DNA of 63,071 nt, filler included, from Reticulomyxa filosa (taxonomy: Eukaryota; Protista; Foraminifera): the NCBI GenBank assembly GCA_000512085.1. It is 24 parts of 24 records of this genome, joined end to end, with 100 filler letters (N's around TTAATTAATTAA, not from the genome) between each part and the next. Parts side by side here need not be neighbours in the genome. Positions count along the whole stretch, not along the records: positions 1 to 10,157 come from ASPP01004988.1; positions 10,258 to 13,268 come from ASPP01027021.1; 22 more parts are not named here. The stretch is one strand, 5' to 3'. Shown one piece after another: positions 1-12,308 of this stretch. Position numbers and translations under genes: made by a program. Within the stretch, counting starts at the first letter, position 1. Each line of letters starts with the position of its first letter. Below the pieces are notes generated by a model. That model saw nothing but the letters and a program-made list of their open reading frames with translations, had not been told where the DNA came from and ran no database searches.

Positions 1-9
1 AAAAAAAAG

Positions 10-3000
10 GGACTGTAAAATATTGGAATTGCTTGGGTGAAAGTAGCTGTTCAAACATTGAGTGGGATTGCAATGGCATGTGTACGCTGCATTGCAAAAA
101 TTGGATGGGATTGGCAGGTGATAGTTGTGAACATATGCAATTGACTTGTCGTGACAAGAGCGTCTGTCGCTTTCCATTATCACGCATGCGCTCAGAAGAT
201 GATAGTACCGTCGCTGACGACAGCAATGTATTTGGCGTTTACCGATGTGAGCCAACAGCCGATTGTCAAGACAACACAGCAGCAGCAACGATAACGAACA
301 CAATAACAACCCCACTATCACACGTTGAGTCAACGCATGCCATGTTTCGTCGCTTGCAACAAGTGACCTTTCCTCCGACATATTCCCCTACCAAAGCTCC
401 TGTTTTTTCTCCAACGAATTCTCCTATCACACCCACGACTCAATCTCCCACAAAGGCGCCTATTCGCTTTCCAACAAATTCCCCCACGCATTCCCCCGTC
501 AAACATCCAACCACTAGGCCTACAAAAGCACCTACTCGTACTCCTTCGAATGCACCCGTGCATTATCCAACCGCTAGGCCCACAAAAGCACCTACTCGTA
601 CCCCTTCGAAGGCGCCCGTGCATTATCCATCAAGAGCCCCCGTGCGTCATCCTTCCAAAGCCCCGACGTATTCCCCTTCCAAAGCCCCCATTAGATCTCC
701 CACCAAGTCTCCGACGCGTCGTCCGACCAAGGCCCCGGTTCCGACTTCTTCGCCAACGCCTTTTCCGACCAATGCTCCAACCAAACACCCCTCGAGGAAT
801 CCGACCCATAGTCCAACTCAAAGGCCCACTGCGCGCCCGACTAGTCGACCATCGCGACATCCAAGCAAACAGCCAACCAAGCCGCCGTCGAGACACCCGA
901 CCAAAAGCCCGTCGAAACAACCATCAAAGCAGCCCACAAAGTCACCTACAAAGCCACCGACAAAGCCACCTACAAAACAGCCAACGAAACATCCCACAAA
1001 GCCACCCACAAAACCTCCAACGAAGCCACCTACGAAACAGCCGACGAAACAGCCAACGAAACAGCCCACGAGACATCCAACGAAACAACCCACAAAGTCG
1101 CCCACAAAGCCACCCACAAAACCGCCGACGAAAGCTCCAACCCATCGTCCATCAGGAGTTCCTACCAAGCCTCCGACCAAATTTCCTACTCATCATCCTA
1201 CCAAAGCTCCAACGCGTCATCCAACTCAACCACCGACAAGACATCCGACGAGACATCCGACGAGACATCCAACTCGACACCCAACCAGACACCCTACTAG
1301 ACATCCCACTCGACATCCAACAAGACACCCAACCAGACATCCGACTAGACATCCAACACGACATCCTACTCGACATCCAACAAGACACCCAACCAGACAT
1401 CCGACAAGACATCCGACACGACATCCTACCAAACATCCGACCAAACCTCCAACGCGACATCCAACTCAACCGCCGACAAGACATCCAACAAGACACCCAA
1501 CCAGACATCCAACAAGACATCCAACAAGACACCCGACAAGACACCCAACAAGACACCCAACAAGACATCCGACAAGACATCCGACAAGACACCCAACAAG
1601 ACATCCAACAAGACACCCAACAAGACACCCAACGAGACATCCGACCAGACATCCAACAAGACACCCAACAAGACATCCAACGAGACATCCAACAAGACAC
1701 CCAACGAGACACCCAACCGGACATCCCACGAAACATCCTACAAAACCGCCGACACGACATCCGACACGAAGTCCCTCCAGACACCCAACAAAAGCTCCAA
1801 CCAAACCACCAACAAGACACCCCACCAGACACCCAACCAGACATCCTACTCGACATCCAACAAGACATCCGACCAGACATCCGACCAAGCATCCTACCAA
1901 ACCTCCGACCACAGCGCCGACTCGCAGCCCCACTCCAGCGCCGACCTTTATACCCACTCCGTCCCCTACGCTGCAACCGAAGCTCTATACCAACGAATTT
2001 GTGATGAAGATAACCGTCGACAAGGTGTTAGCGGATGTGACGTATCAGGCCTATTGGCGACGGGCACTATTGCAAGCCTCGATCAAAACGTTTAAACTGA
2101 CCCCGGCCAAGGCAGCGCCATTTTTCTCTTTGATACAATTCAATTATATCATCATTGTCAGCTATGTGGTGAGTAACCAGACGACGTCCTCGCAATGTAC
2201 CGACACAACCAATCAAGTGACTACCAAACAACTGCTCGCAGAGTACTTTAGTTGGGACACATATTTCAACATCCCAGCCATTGATTGTCCTGGAACCAAT
2301 TTGAAAATTACCTATCAACTCAGCAATTTTGTCGCTTTCAACGATGTCAAAACCATGTCCGGAGATGCCTATGTTTTGCAAGTACTCCGCAAGCAACTTG
2401 GCGTGACATCACCAGGAATTGCCTCCATTACAAATAGTACTGGTAATGCTTTGTCCACACTCTCAACTTAAAACACACATATATATATACATATATATGT
2501 ATACACATATATACATATTTATCTATATATACAAACAATACGTATATACGTTATGTACAAAAAATAGAAGTAACAGCTGAACTGCAATGGTACAATACCA
2601 GCATACTCGCGAAAACATATAATACGTCAACCTACAAAACGTCACTGCGAAGTAACATTGCAAGTGCATTGAGTCAACTCACATCAAATTCGGTGGGCAA
2701 TAACGATGTAAAAGTCGGAACAACCCCGGGACTCACGTCGTTGCCGACATTGCAATGCAGCTCTGTCGCGCCAATGCTACTATCGGCGAAGCTCTTGCAA
2801 AGTGGAAATGTGATTGCATTGACGTTTGACAAAAAAACCAATTATGCCGGCTTGAATAATGGCAACTTTGATTGCAAGCTGGTGTTCAACTCAGCGACCC
2901 TCTCTTGGTTGGGAGACACGTCATCCCCAAGCGGGGGTGGTGGCAAGCAACTTTGCTCTTGGCAATCCGCCACCACCTTGCTCATTCTACTCGGCAGGCA

Positions 3001-6000
3001 AAACTCGTTGGTCATCGGTTCATCCACCGTGCAAATTTTGACCGACACGATCGGAATTGACTGCAGCAATGTGTTGAAACAAAGAGATTCAACCAAGCTT
3101 TTAGCCGTAGGTGAGACGGCCAGATATACATTACACACACACACATACACACATGTGTATAACTTGATTATATACCGCTTATGTTGCATTTGCGTCCTAT
3201 ACAATAATCTGTACTTTATGAAGAAGACAGAAGAAGGGGAAGGGGTGACTGAGGAAAAAAAAAAAAAAAAATAACAACAATAACAAAAAAAAAAATAAAA
3301 TAAACAAAAAACAGTAACTGGACCAAGTTCGTATCCATTGGTTCAAGCTCGCATCTCGGGGTCAACATACATATCGAACTGTGATGATGTGAATCTATTC
3401 GCAGACAGTTCATTGGGAGGAGCAGGAAAGAGTTTGCAGTACTCGTGGAGTGTAACAGACGGTAGAACATTGACGAACTTGGATGACACATTGACACAGA
3501 ATGATATCGCATTGGATGAAAAAGCGCTGCATGTGAGCAACGCGTTAGTCTCATCGCATTCAGTATTGTGGGTGAGTCTGACTGTGACCAATTGGTTTGG
3601 CTCTCGAAACACCACTTCCATCACCGTCATTATCGCGAACAATTCCTACGCGCCAACCGTTTACGTGGACGGAGGCATCTACCACTACCACGTCTTGTAT
3701 CCCGAAAGAAAGGACATTGATTTCGCGTCGCTTTCTGTCCAAGTGTCTTTTTCGAGCTGTGATCAAACCGTGTCCAACAATATCGATGTGCCTCGTATTT
3801 CATGGCAAAGCATCACAGTTTGAAAAAGACATAATATATGTACACATATATATACATATATATGTATATGTATATGTGTGCATAAAAAAAAAAATTATAT
3901 ATGTGTGAATTGGATAAACGTAATAGTGGGACGTCATTCCAAGCGATCGACAATGGAAAAACGACAAGTTTGGCCAAGGAGAGGCCCTTAACTTACATTC
4001 ACTGAACGTGACAACCACCAACGTGACGACGTTGTTTGTGCCGGCGGGCGAGTTGGACTACGCGACAAGTTATGTGTTTGCAGTGACGGCAACGCATCCA
4101 AAGAACCAATCGATATCGACCACGGAATACATGTCTCTGACCATATTACCACCGCCAGTGACGTACGCCGGAGGCATTCAGTACTCGGGTGTGTACTTCA
4201 ACTCGAATATCACATTGTCCGCACGGTCTATCTTCAACTTCCCTGCATACGTGACTAACGAAAACGTAGCCGAGTATTACAACATCAAATGGAATTGCAC
4301 GAGTGTGGACTGGCGGAGCGTACATCACTACTGCGAAGATATTGTGGCCGGACAGGAGGACCAGTTGGACAACTTGATCGAAGCAGGTCTGTTGGACGGC
4401 GGAAGCAATTACACGTACACAGTGACAGTGTGGGATAAGCAATACGACATGACGACGACGGGCACGATGTTGTTATCGCTGACGCCTTACGTGGAAGTGC
4501 TGCACGGCGGCATACAATTCGAGGCGCCCAACGCATTGGCCATCCCGGCCATCAACGCTATCCACGACCGCACGCGAGTGGAATTGTCCAACGTGCTTTG
4601 GAACAATGGCGCCGATAACGTGAATTTCAAGACCAGCAGCAGTCAATGTGCGAGCTTGATCAACTACGTGGATCAGACCAACAATAAGGCGTACATATCA
4701 ATGGCGACCAACGATTGGGCCGAATGTCCATTGAGCTATGGATCATTCAACACTATTACATATTGGAATTTGGTGCGGCCCAACGCCTATTTCCCGTTCG
4801 TTATTACAGCTTCGGTGAACGTGCTGGTCAATATCCCGCCTTTGGGCGGTCAGTGCAGTCTCGTCGCCACGGGGTCGAGTGCATCTCCGCCGTATGTCGC
4901 GTTCGTCTCGCAGTTTGCAGTGTCGTGCGACGACTGGAGCGTCGCGTACGTCGACGAAAATCGCTATTGGTATGACAATCCCTACACGGCATATGTGGAA
5001 TACTCGGTGTGGGTGGTGTCGTCTCAAGCCTCTCCGCAGTGCGCGCTTCTGTGGAACTCCACGACCAATACCAGCATCAGCAACGAGGCAATTCTGTCCA
5101 CGTGCGAAGCCACCAAGGTGGTGGACTGGACTCTGGCCAACTCCGATCTCGAGTTTGTGCTGGGCGCTGGCAAGTTCTACCGTTTGTACAAATCCGAGAC
5201 GTCGCTACCAAAGCCACGTCCGTGTATCATTTGAACGGGCCGCTCAATGTGATCATGCCCACTGTCCAACAGACGCTGACGGTGAGCGCCGCGACTATGA
5301 GGAACGTATACTTTGGCTTGCGACAATGGGATCGCTACATGGACGCATTGACGGCGGTCATGTACTCACTGTTCAATGACACAACTGCCTTGCAACAAGT
5401 GTTTAATCTCACGGCGGTGCCCTCGCGAGTTGTGTACTCCAGCAATCTGCCCTGGTTCGTAAACTGGCTGAACGAGTTAATATTTTGGATTGATCACGCG
5501 CAGATAAAGACACCGTCGCGTGCGGGCGAATTGGTGGACGTCATACACGTGATGATGAGACTGTATTTCATTGAAGGCGGCACCAGCGTCGATAGCTCGC
5601 ATTTGCAATTGACCGATTTGCAGACGCTGGTCGACACGTTGCAACAGGTGCTGCGATTGTATTCGACACAACTATCCACGTATGAAAACGTTCGAATTGA
5701 CCGCATTGAGAAGCTGCTCGACACCATATCGATCTTGCTCGAACAATGCCTCGCAGGACAAAAGGTCAATTCGCTTGACTCCAACTATGCGTATTTCATG
5801 AACTCGGTGTTCTATTTCCTTCAACAATGCGGACTGAACGCTCTGACCGATGGCGTACCTTTGCAATGTCTGGAGTTTGATATTTCCAAAGATCAAAGCA
5901 CTAGCAATTATCCATTCGACGCAAAAGTGCGTGTGAGCAAGGCCAATGGAGATAACTTATTGCAATGCAATCAACACTGCAGCTCGACCAATACGAACAG

Positions 6001-9000
6001 TCGATTGGACTTGGATGCCATTGACTTTGTCTGGCCCGATCAATGGGTGTCTAAAGACAACACGGTTGTGTCCGGAACTGATTTAACTGCAATTGGTGTT
6101 GAGGATGTTTCTTGTGTTGTGTTTGGATTGTCCGGAACCACCTTTGACCCAACTGTCAGTTCTCCAATTCTTTCCTTGGATTTGTTTGATACCACGAGTC
6201 AAAGACCTTCCTCTGGAATTGGCCTTTCCTCCAAGAGCGCTTGTAACGCCTTTGAAATGTCATGGACTGTTCCCGGAACAAGCTTGACCACATCCCTGGA
6301 CTTGGCGCAGGAATACACGGTGCCCGAGTGTGTGAGCTACTATTTCAGCGAAAAAGAAAACAATTCGATCGCGTGGACAAGTCAAAAATGTGGAGTTGTG
6401 ATCTATGATCACAACACCACGCAATGCGCATGCACGCAATTCAATCTCTTTAGTGTCAAGCAAAGTTCCTTTGCCACATCGTACTCTGCAGAAACGTTGA
6501 CAAATTCATTGTCACTGCAAAGCCAAATTCTGGCGGCGAACCCGATCCCCTTGATCGTGGCACTGCTTCTAGTCAGTTGCATGTTGGTCGGTTGGTATCT
6601 GTTGGAATGGATATGGAAGCAAGACTCGCTCCCGATCTTGGCATACACGGACAGCATCTTCCCAGACATACGCAATGAAATGTACGAACAGACGACATTG
6701 AAACACGTGCTGTCGACGCTATTTTCACCGGACGTGGACACAGTTCGAAAGGGCGTGACAATATGGTGGCATACGACACGAGAGTATCACTTGTTTGGAG
6801 GACTGTTCCTCGCTCGACGACATAGCAATTTGACGCGATCCGAACGGCTGCTGTTCTTTGGCATCTTTGTGGTGACCATGTTCTTTTTGGCGATGATGTT
6901 TTTCGCAACCAAAATGCAGTCGATGTTTGGCGGGACATTTTGCAACATGAGCACATACGACGTGAACAAAGACAAAGGGTGCACGGAGACGTGGATGATG
7001 TTCATCTTCAGCTTGGTCTCGTGCATCCCTGCTTATTGGATGATGGGCTACTTTTTATTCGTTCGTCCCTTGAGTCAATCCTTTGGTGACCGAGTCTTGG
7101 AGGACGCAGTCGACCGTGTTCCATCAGAATTAACCCCTCCACAATGGGAACGATACAGCTCCATTTTGACATTGGCCAAACTGCTTTGGAACACTGCCCA
7201 ATCCTTGAAAACGCAGCTCTTTCCAGATCAAGCGCTCACACTGCAAAACCAAACAGCACAAACGCAATCCGATGCAAAGGGAGATGATTTGTCTCAAGAT
7301 GGTCCAGCGACGTCCAGGCAAAAATCACAGAAAAGCCTGCAGGTTTTTTTTTTAAAAATAAAAAAAAAAAAAACTCCCTTTTATTTATTTATTAAATATA
7401 ACTTGTATTGTATCAAAGAATTTGGAAACGTCATTACATCTGCAATCCCCTGGCCCACTCGAAAAGACGCAAACCCAATCCAGCGGCTTTGGCCGGCAAT
7501 TGGGCGACATCACGCAGGGCTTGCAAAACGACTTGAACGTAGTCGTGGATGCTATCAACTTTGAAGAAACAGGACAGGCTTCCGCGGACTTGATTCGACG
7601 AGAAACCCTGTGGGAGAGATTACGAGTTTCGTCTGTTCATTTGTTTGTTTTTTTGAAATTGAAACAACTGACAATTGCAATAACAACAAATACGATATGA
7701 AATATGGTGTGGGGGGGGGGGGGGGAAATATTTAGGGCAAAGCTCCTTCGCGACCATCGAACACAGCACCAAGACCGATGCTACCGAAGCGAGCAACGGC
7801 AGAAGCAGTAGCGGACAAAGAGGAAGACAGCGACGAGCATTCGGAGGTGGACGAAGAAAAGGCGGACGTGTACGTGACTCCTGGAGGAGATGACAACGAC
7901 AACCAGGACGAGGCGGAGGAAAAGAAGGAATTGACCGACGAGCCGATGGCTTCGGTGAAGCTGCAGCCCGTCCATTCCAACAGCAACGTCCGCACAGCAA
8001 AGAACGGGACATCGACCAATAGTGTCGACTTGAAGCTCGACCTTAACTCCAAACAACAACAACAACAACAAGATGACGATGAGTCGAGTGACGAGGAAGG
8101 ATTAAAAGTGTTTACACCAAGGACCAACGATGAGCGCAACAAACACATTGAAAAAGCCGTGGAGCTGATCGACAAGTTTGGATACACCGACGAAGAGGCT
8201 ATGCGCAAAGCGGCCGAGTTTATGTTAGCCGAGCGCATGCGCATTAAACGTGAGTTGGAGTTGCTCGAAGAGAGGAAGCGCAAGGAGTTGGAAATGCGTT
8301 TGGCGGCCATGTCTCCGGAAGAGCGAGAAGACTACGATCGCAACGAGCGACAAAAGAAGATAACACTCGAGCAACTGAACAGCATGTCATTGCTATCAGT
8401 CCAAATCCGCGAGGCCGAATTGACACGTCGCAGATTGCTGTTCCAAGAGTATCCACTGCCTCATCGCTGCAAACGCTGCGGTCTGACCGTGACCATTGTC
8501 TATGTGCTGCTTATGCTCCTGATTACAGTCATTCTTGGCTTCAATCTGGGCAATTCGAGCACCACTGTCACCATTCAATCGAGTCAAACGACCTCCAGCA
8601 GCGCTAGACGCTTAGCTGCAGTCGACAATCAACACGTGTCTGTGGACATATCGGACACTGCATTTTCGGACACACTGACCAATTCGCAATGTCAGTTTGT
8701 GAGTACCGAGGATCGCATCATCGCGGCTTTGGCGTCGGCGTACTCTGGCGACAGCAGCAGCAGTAGCAGTGATGCGTATAGCAGTGACAAGAATAGCGGG
8801 ACGAGGAAAGACGAAAAGAGCAAGACGAACCAGGCTGTCAAATGGTTGTGGACAAGTATCGTCGGTGTGATCATTGGCACGTTCCTTTGGCAGCCCTTGC
8901 TCCTTTGGCTCGTGTCATGGACTTGGGCGACGTGCAACAAGAAGCACGAACTGGCCCATGGTCTCAACAATCTGTGCTGCGGCGTTGCACAGTTGTATAA

Positions 9001-10157
9001 ACACACACGCGTACGTGTATTTGCCGAGCGCTATCGCGACCCCACCGAAGACTTTACCCCTGGCGAAATCTCATCGCTACTGTTCCTCAAAGATAAGGAA
9101 ATCGATCGCGCAAAACTGGCCGAACGAAGGCGTCTCAAAATCACCTTGGATCGCGACGGAAACATTATCAGATATCGCGAATTGAATGTGTCCAGAACCA
9201 GTCGCTCCGTTCCGTATGCGGTCAAGAAGGTCGATCTCACCACTAACAGCACGGAGAAGGAGACAAAACAACCGAGCGGAGAAGAAGGAGGCACCTCCAA
9301 TCCAGCGCCGAGTGTGGAAATGAGACAGTATTATGTCGTGGAAATTGATGCGTTTGCCATTGAGTCCGGCATGCTCGATATTCAGAAATCAATGAACATA
9401 AAGGAATTGCAAAAGAATGATGACAATGAGACCAAGACAAACGGCTCTGGCAACACACGTGGCAGCGCCTTGGACCATTTGTCCGCGACTGTGCCCATCA
9501 TCCCTGCTGGACACAATCGCGAGTTCTTTTACAGCTCTCAGCACTTCTTGCTTCCTGGACTTGAAATGTTCGCCCTCACCCAACAGCAAATCATCGAATG
9601 GCTCCCCTACATCAAACTCAAGTTTATTGACAAGAGCAAAGCCCATACCAAACTCAAATCCGATAGTATACCTGTTACGTGTTCATCTATTTGCTTTTGT
9701 TTTAATTGCTTGTGTGTATGTATGTATGTGTGTGTGTTTGTTTGTTTGTTCGATGGTGCAACCAGTTGGTATTACTACATGGTGACGACCCAGCGCCGTC
9801 CTCGAAGAAATCCACAGTTCGATTGACAACTAATGAACACGATGCCAATGACAATGCAGATCAAGACAGTAGCAGTGGAGGTGATGAAAACGCGGCCAGT
9901 GCGCCAGCTGATCCAAATGCAAATGTGCAGATGGTCAGTTTGTCTTCAAACAAAGGCAGTCAACCCGCTGCAGCCAAAGCCAATGTCAATGCCAACGCTA
10001 AAGCCAATGCTAATGTTAATGCCAATGCTAATGCCAATGCTCCAAAGACATTTGGCGGAAAGACCATGGAGGAGATTATTGCAGAACAACAGAGAATGTA
10101 CCAACAAATCCAAAAGCAGCAGCAAAAACAACAGCCACAGCAACAACAAAAACAACA
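10..10157 (+). CDS. Polycystin-1/PKD1-like REJ-GPS multi-pass receptor with Pro/Thr-rich stalk (7 exons, truncated at both ends)
   Basis: Phase-consistent GT-AG introns at 2443-2567, 3111-3314, 3818-3926, 7343-7418, 7626-7735 and 9674-9765 join the ORFs; one apparent frameshift near 5180. REJ-like motifs (VQARISG..ADSS..LQYSWS; IPPLGGQC..FAVSCDDW). GPS-like C..W...C..TQCAC directly before TM1. PKD1-like segments HLFGGLFLARRHSNLTRSERLL, LPHRC and KWLWTSIVGVIIGTFLWQPL. Five hydrophobic helices. Confidence 0.8.
369..1975 (+). repeat. Coding 12-bp tandem repeat encoding xxPT tetrapeptides (KAPT, KPPT, KQPT, RHPT)
   Basis: Uninterrupted RHPT runs at 1239-1430 (16 units), 1479-1718 (20 units) and 1815-1886 (6 units), with synonymous codon variation. 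Confidence 0.95.
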
Positions 10158-10257
10158 NNNNNNNNNNNNNNNNNNNNNNNNNNNNNNNNNNNNNNNNNNN
10201 NTTAATTAATTAANNNNNNNNNNNNNNNNNNNNNNNNNNNNNNNNNNNNNNNNNNNN
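10158..10257. other. Artificial contig-joining spacer (N44-TTAATTAATTAA-N44); first of 23
   Basis: Identical 100-bp spacer with six-frame stops starts at 10158, 13269, 17591, 18920, 21373, 22738, 24355, 25937, 28451, 30626, 32237, 35050, 37824, 39813, 42231, 44193, 45538, 47508, 48839, 52124, 56246, 58699 and 61905. Confidence 0.98.
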
Positions 10258-10320
10258 ATATTTATTTATTTATTTATATACGTATATATATGTATTATAT
10301 TGTTATAAAAAAAGGCAAAG

Positions 10321-11867
10321 GGAATATTGCATTTGCATAAAGCAAATATCGTGCATCGGGACATAGCGGCAAGGAATATACTGTTGGAATATGTAGCGGT
10401 GAATGAGAACAAAGGATCTCGAGTGCGAGCAGTGGTGAGCGATTTTGGACTGAGCCGAATAGCGGAGCAAGGTGCGGATCGACAGCATTACACGGAGAGC
10501 AAAGTGGGTCCGATCAAGTGGATGAGTCCGGAGTCGATAACGAATGGCAACGTATACAACACGAAGACCGACGCATACAGTTTCGGCATAACGATGTGGG
10601 AAGTGTTTGCGGGGTCGGAGCCTTATCCCAATCTCACCAAAACAAGTGTGGCGGCCCAAGTGTTGCATAAAAAATGTCGTCCTTTTGTACCCATGCATTG
10701 GCCCACGCCTTTGGCGTATTTGATTCAACGCTGTTGGCAAAACAATCCCGATTTCCGGCCCTCGTTTTTTCAAGTCGTTTCTCAACTGTCCCATTTGAGT
10801 GGGATTATGGATACGTGCAATGTTCTCACCGCGCCCGACTATGTCGTCGATCATCCTTCCACCACTTCCCAAACACAAGTCGATAAACCCATCTCGCTTG
10901 ACATCTCCCAACTCCAATATGTGCGCAATTATAAGCTACCCTCCGTCTTGCATTCGCCCACCACTGCCACGCTTGTCGAACTACCCGAACTCATTCAAAC
11001 CTATCATCCCAATGATGACACCAAACAATACGTTCCAAATATGCACTTGGATAGCTCCTCCATTACCTCGCTCCAACTTCAATCGTCTCCACAACCCTCT
11101 GTAGGTTATTACTCTCCTTTTATTTTAATGTACGTATACACATATGTATATGTATGTGTATATGTATGTGTATGTGTGTGTTGGATCCTAATTTGTTGAT
11201 AGAGGAGAAAAAAAAAGAAGAAACAAAAAGAAATGAAAACGAAGAGGACATAGCTGAAGCAGAGAGAGAGGAAACATTTGTGTTGGAAGAATACGAGGCT
11301 GGAGGTGAACCCCGTCATTTGGGTGAACATGTGATGCAAGCCCATTCGAAGGTAATGTCGACGCCTATTTTAGCATCCCCTCCGATGACGATCCATCATG
11401 AGCTAAATCAAAACAGCGAAAGAATCAGTAAAATTGAAAATGAAGCTGAGCTGTTGCCTGCCACAGATGACATGGGCTCTGATCAAAGGGAATCCATGGT
11501 CTTGGAAATGGAAGCGCCTGATAAATCTGCTTTTGAAGAGTCCGATGATGCCAAGCCCAACGAAGCGGATGTAAAACAAACAGCGATCAGACCGAATGTG
11601 GCTCATCGATTTAGTGCTGCTGGAAATGTGTTACAATTGCCACACAAGGATCAAACTTCCGTTCACATCACTGACAAAGACGCCGCCACCAAAGATTTGT
11701 TTACAGTTTTGGAAGATAACACACCACATTTTAGTGGTCAAGGAAACAGTAGCATCAGTCATGAAGAAAGCCACACTCGAAGTAGTCATGATCAGTTTGT
11801 GGGTGCATCACCACGATCAACAAGTGACAAAAATGATTATGCTAATGATGAAGTAAATAAAAAGTAA
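10321..11867 (+). CDS. Protein tyrosine kinase (C-lobe plus long C-terminal tail; 5' truncated)
   Basis: HRDIAARN catalytic loop, DFGLSR, GPIKWMSPES, DAYSFGITMWEV, CWQNNPDFRPSF. Intron about 11101/11105-11202/11204; stop at 11867. Confidence 0.88.
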
Positions 11868-12308
11868 ATCTGAATAGACTGGTGAACAACATATTTCAAA
11901 TGTTGTCTTTCTTTTTTTTTTCTTGTAGCATCATGCAACAGTTTTTGGTTTGTGTGGGTTTTTTTTAGAATTCTTTTTATGTTTTTTTTTGTGTAATGAA
12001 AAAATGTCGCAAAACAGCGGTAAACTTTCCAATTCCAATTATTATTAAAAAAATTGTCACAAGTTCTGGAAATAGAAGTTTTTTTAATATGTTTTTCTTT
12101 TTCATTTCTTCCCTTTTTGTGTTGTCAATTTTGTTGGTTTAATACAATTGATGTCAAAAAATAGATTTTTTTATATATCATTTTTTTTTTGGTCTTCTTT
12201 GTTGTTCTACGATATCCCCCCCTTACGACACAGTTGTTTGTTGAATTGGGAACTTGATGAAAGAACTCCAAAAAAAAAAAACCACTTTTTAAATCTCACG
12301 AAACAATA

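Noticed and set aside
1239-1886. CRISPR-like array
   Set aside because: Contiguous 12-bp coding units with no unique spacers and no cas genes.
550-2004. Overlapping ORFs (DIQQ)n, (VGCL)n and (WMSC)n
   Set aside because: Alternative-frame and antisense shadows of the stop-free 12-bp repeat; only the xxPT frame shows synonymous conservation.
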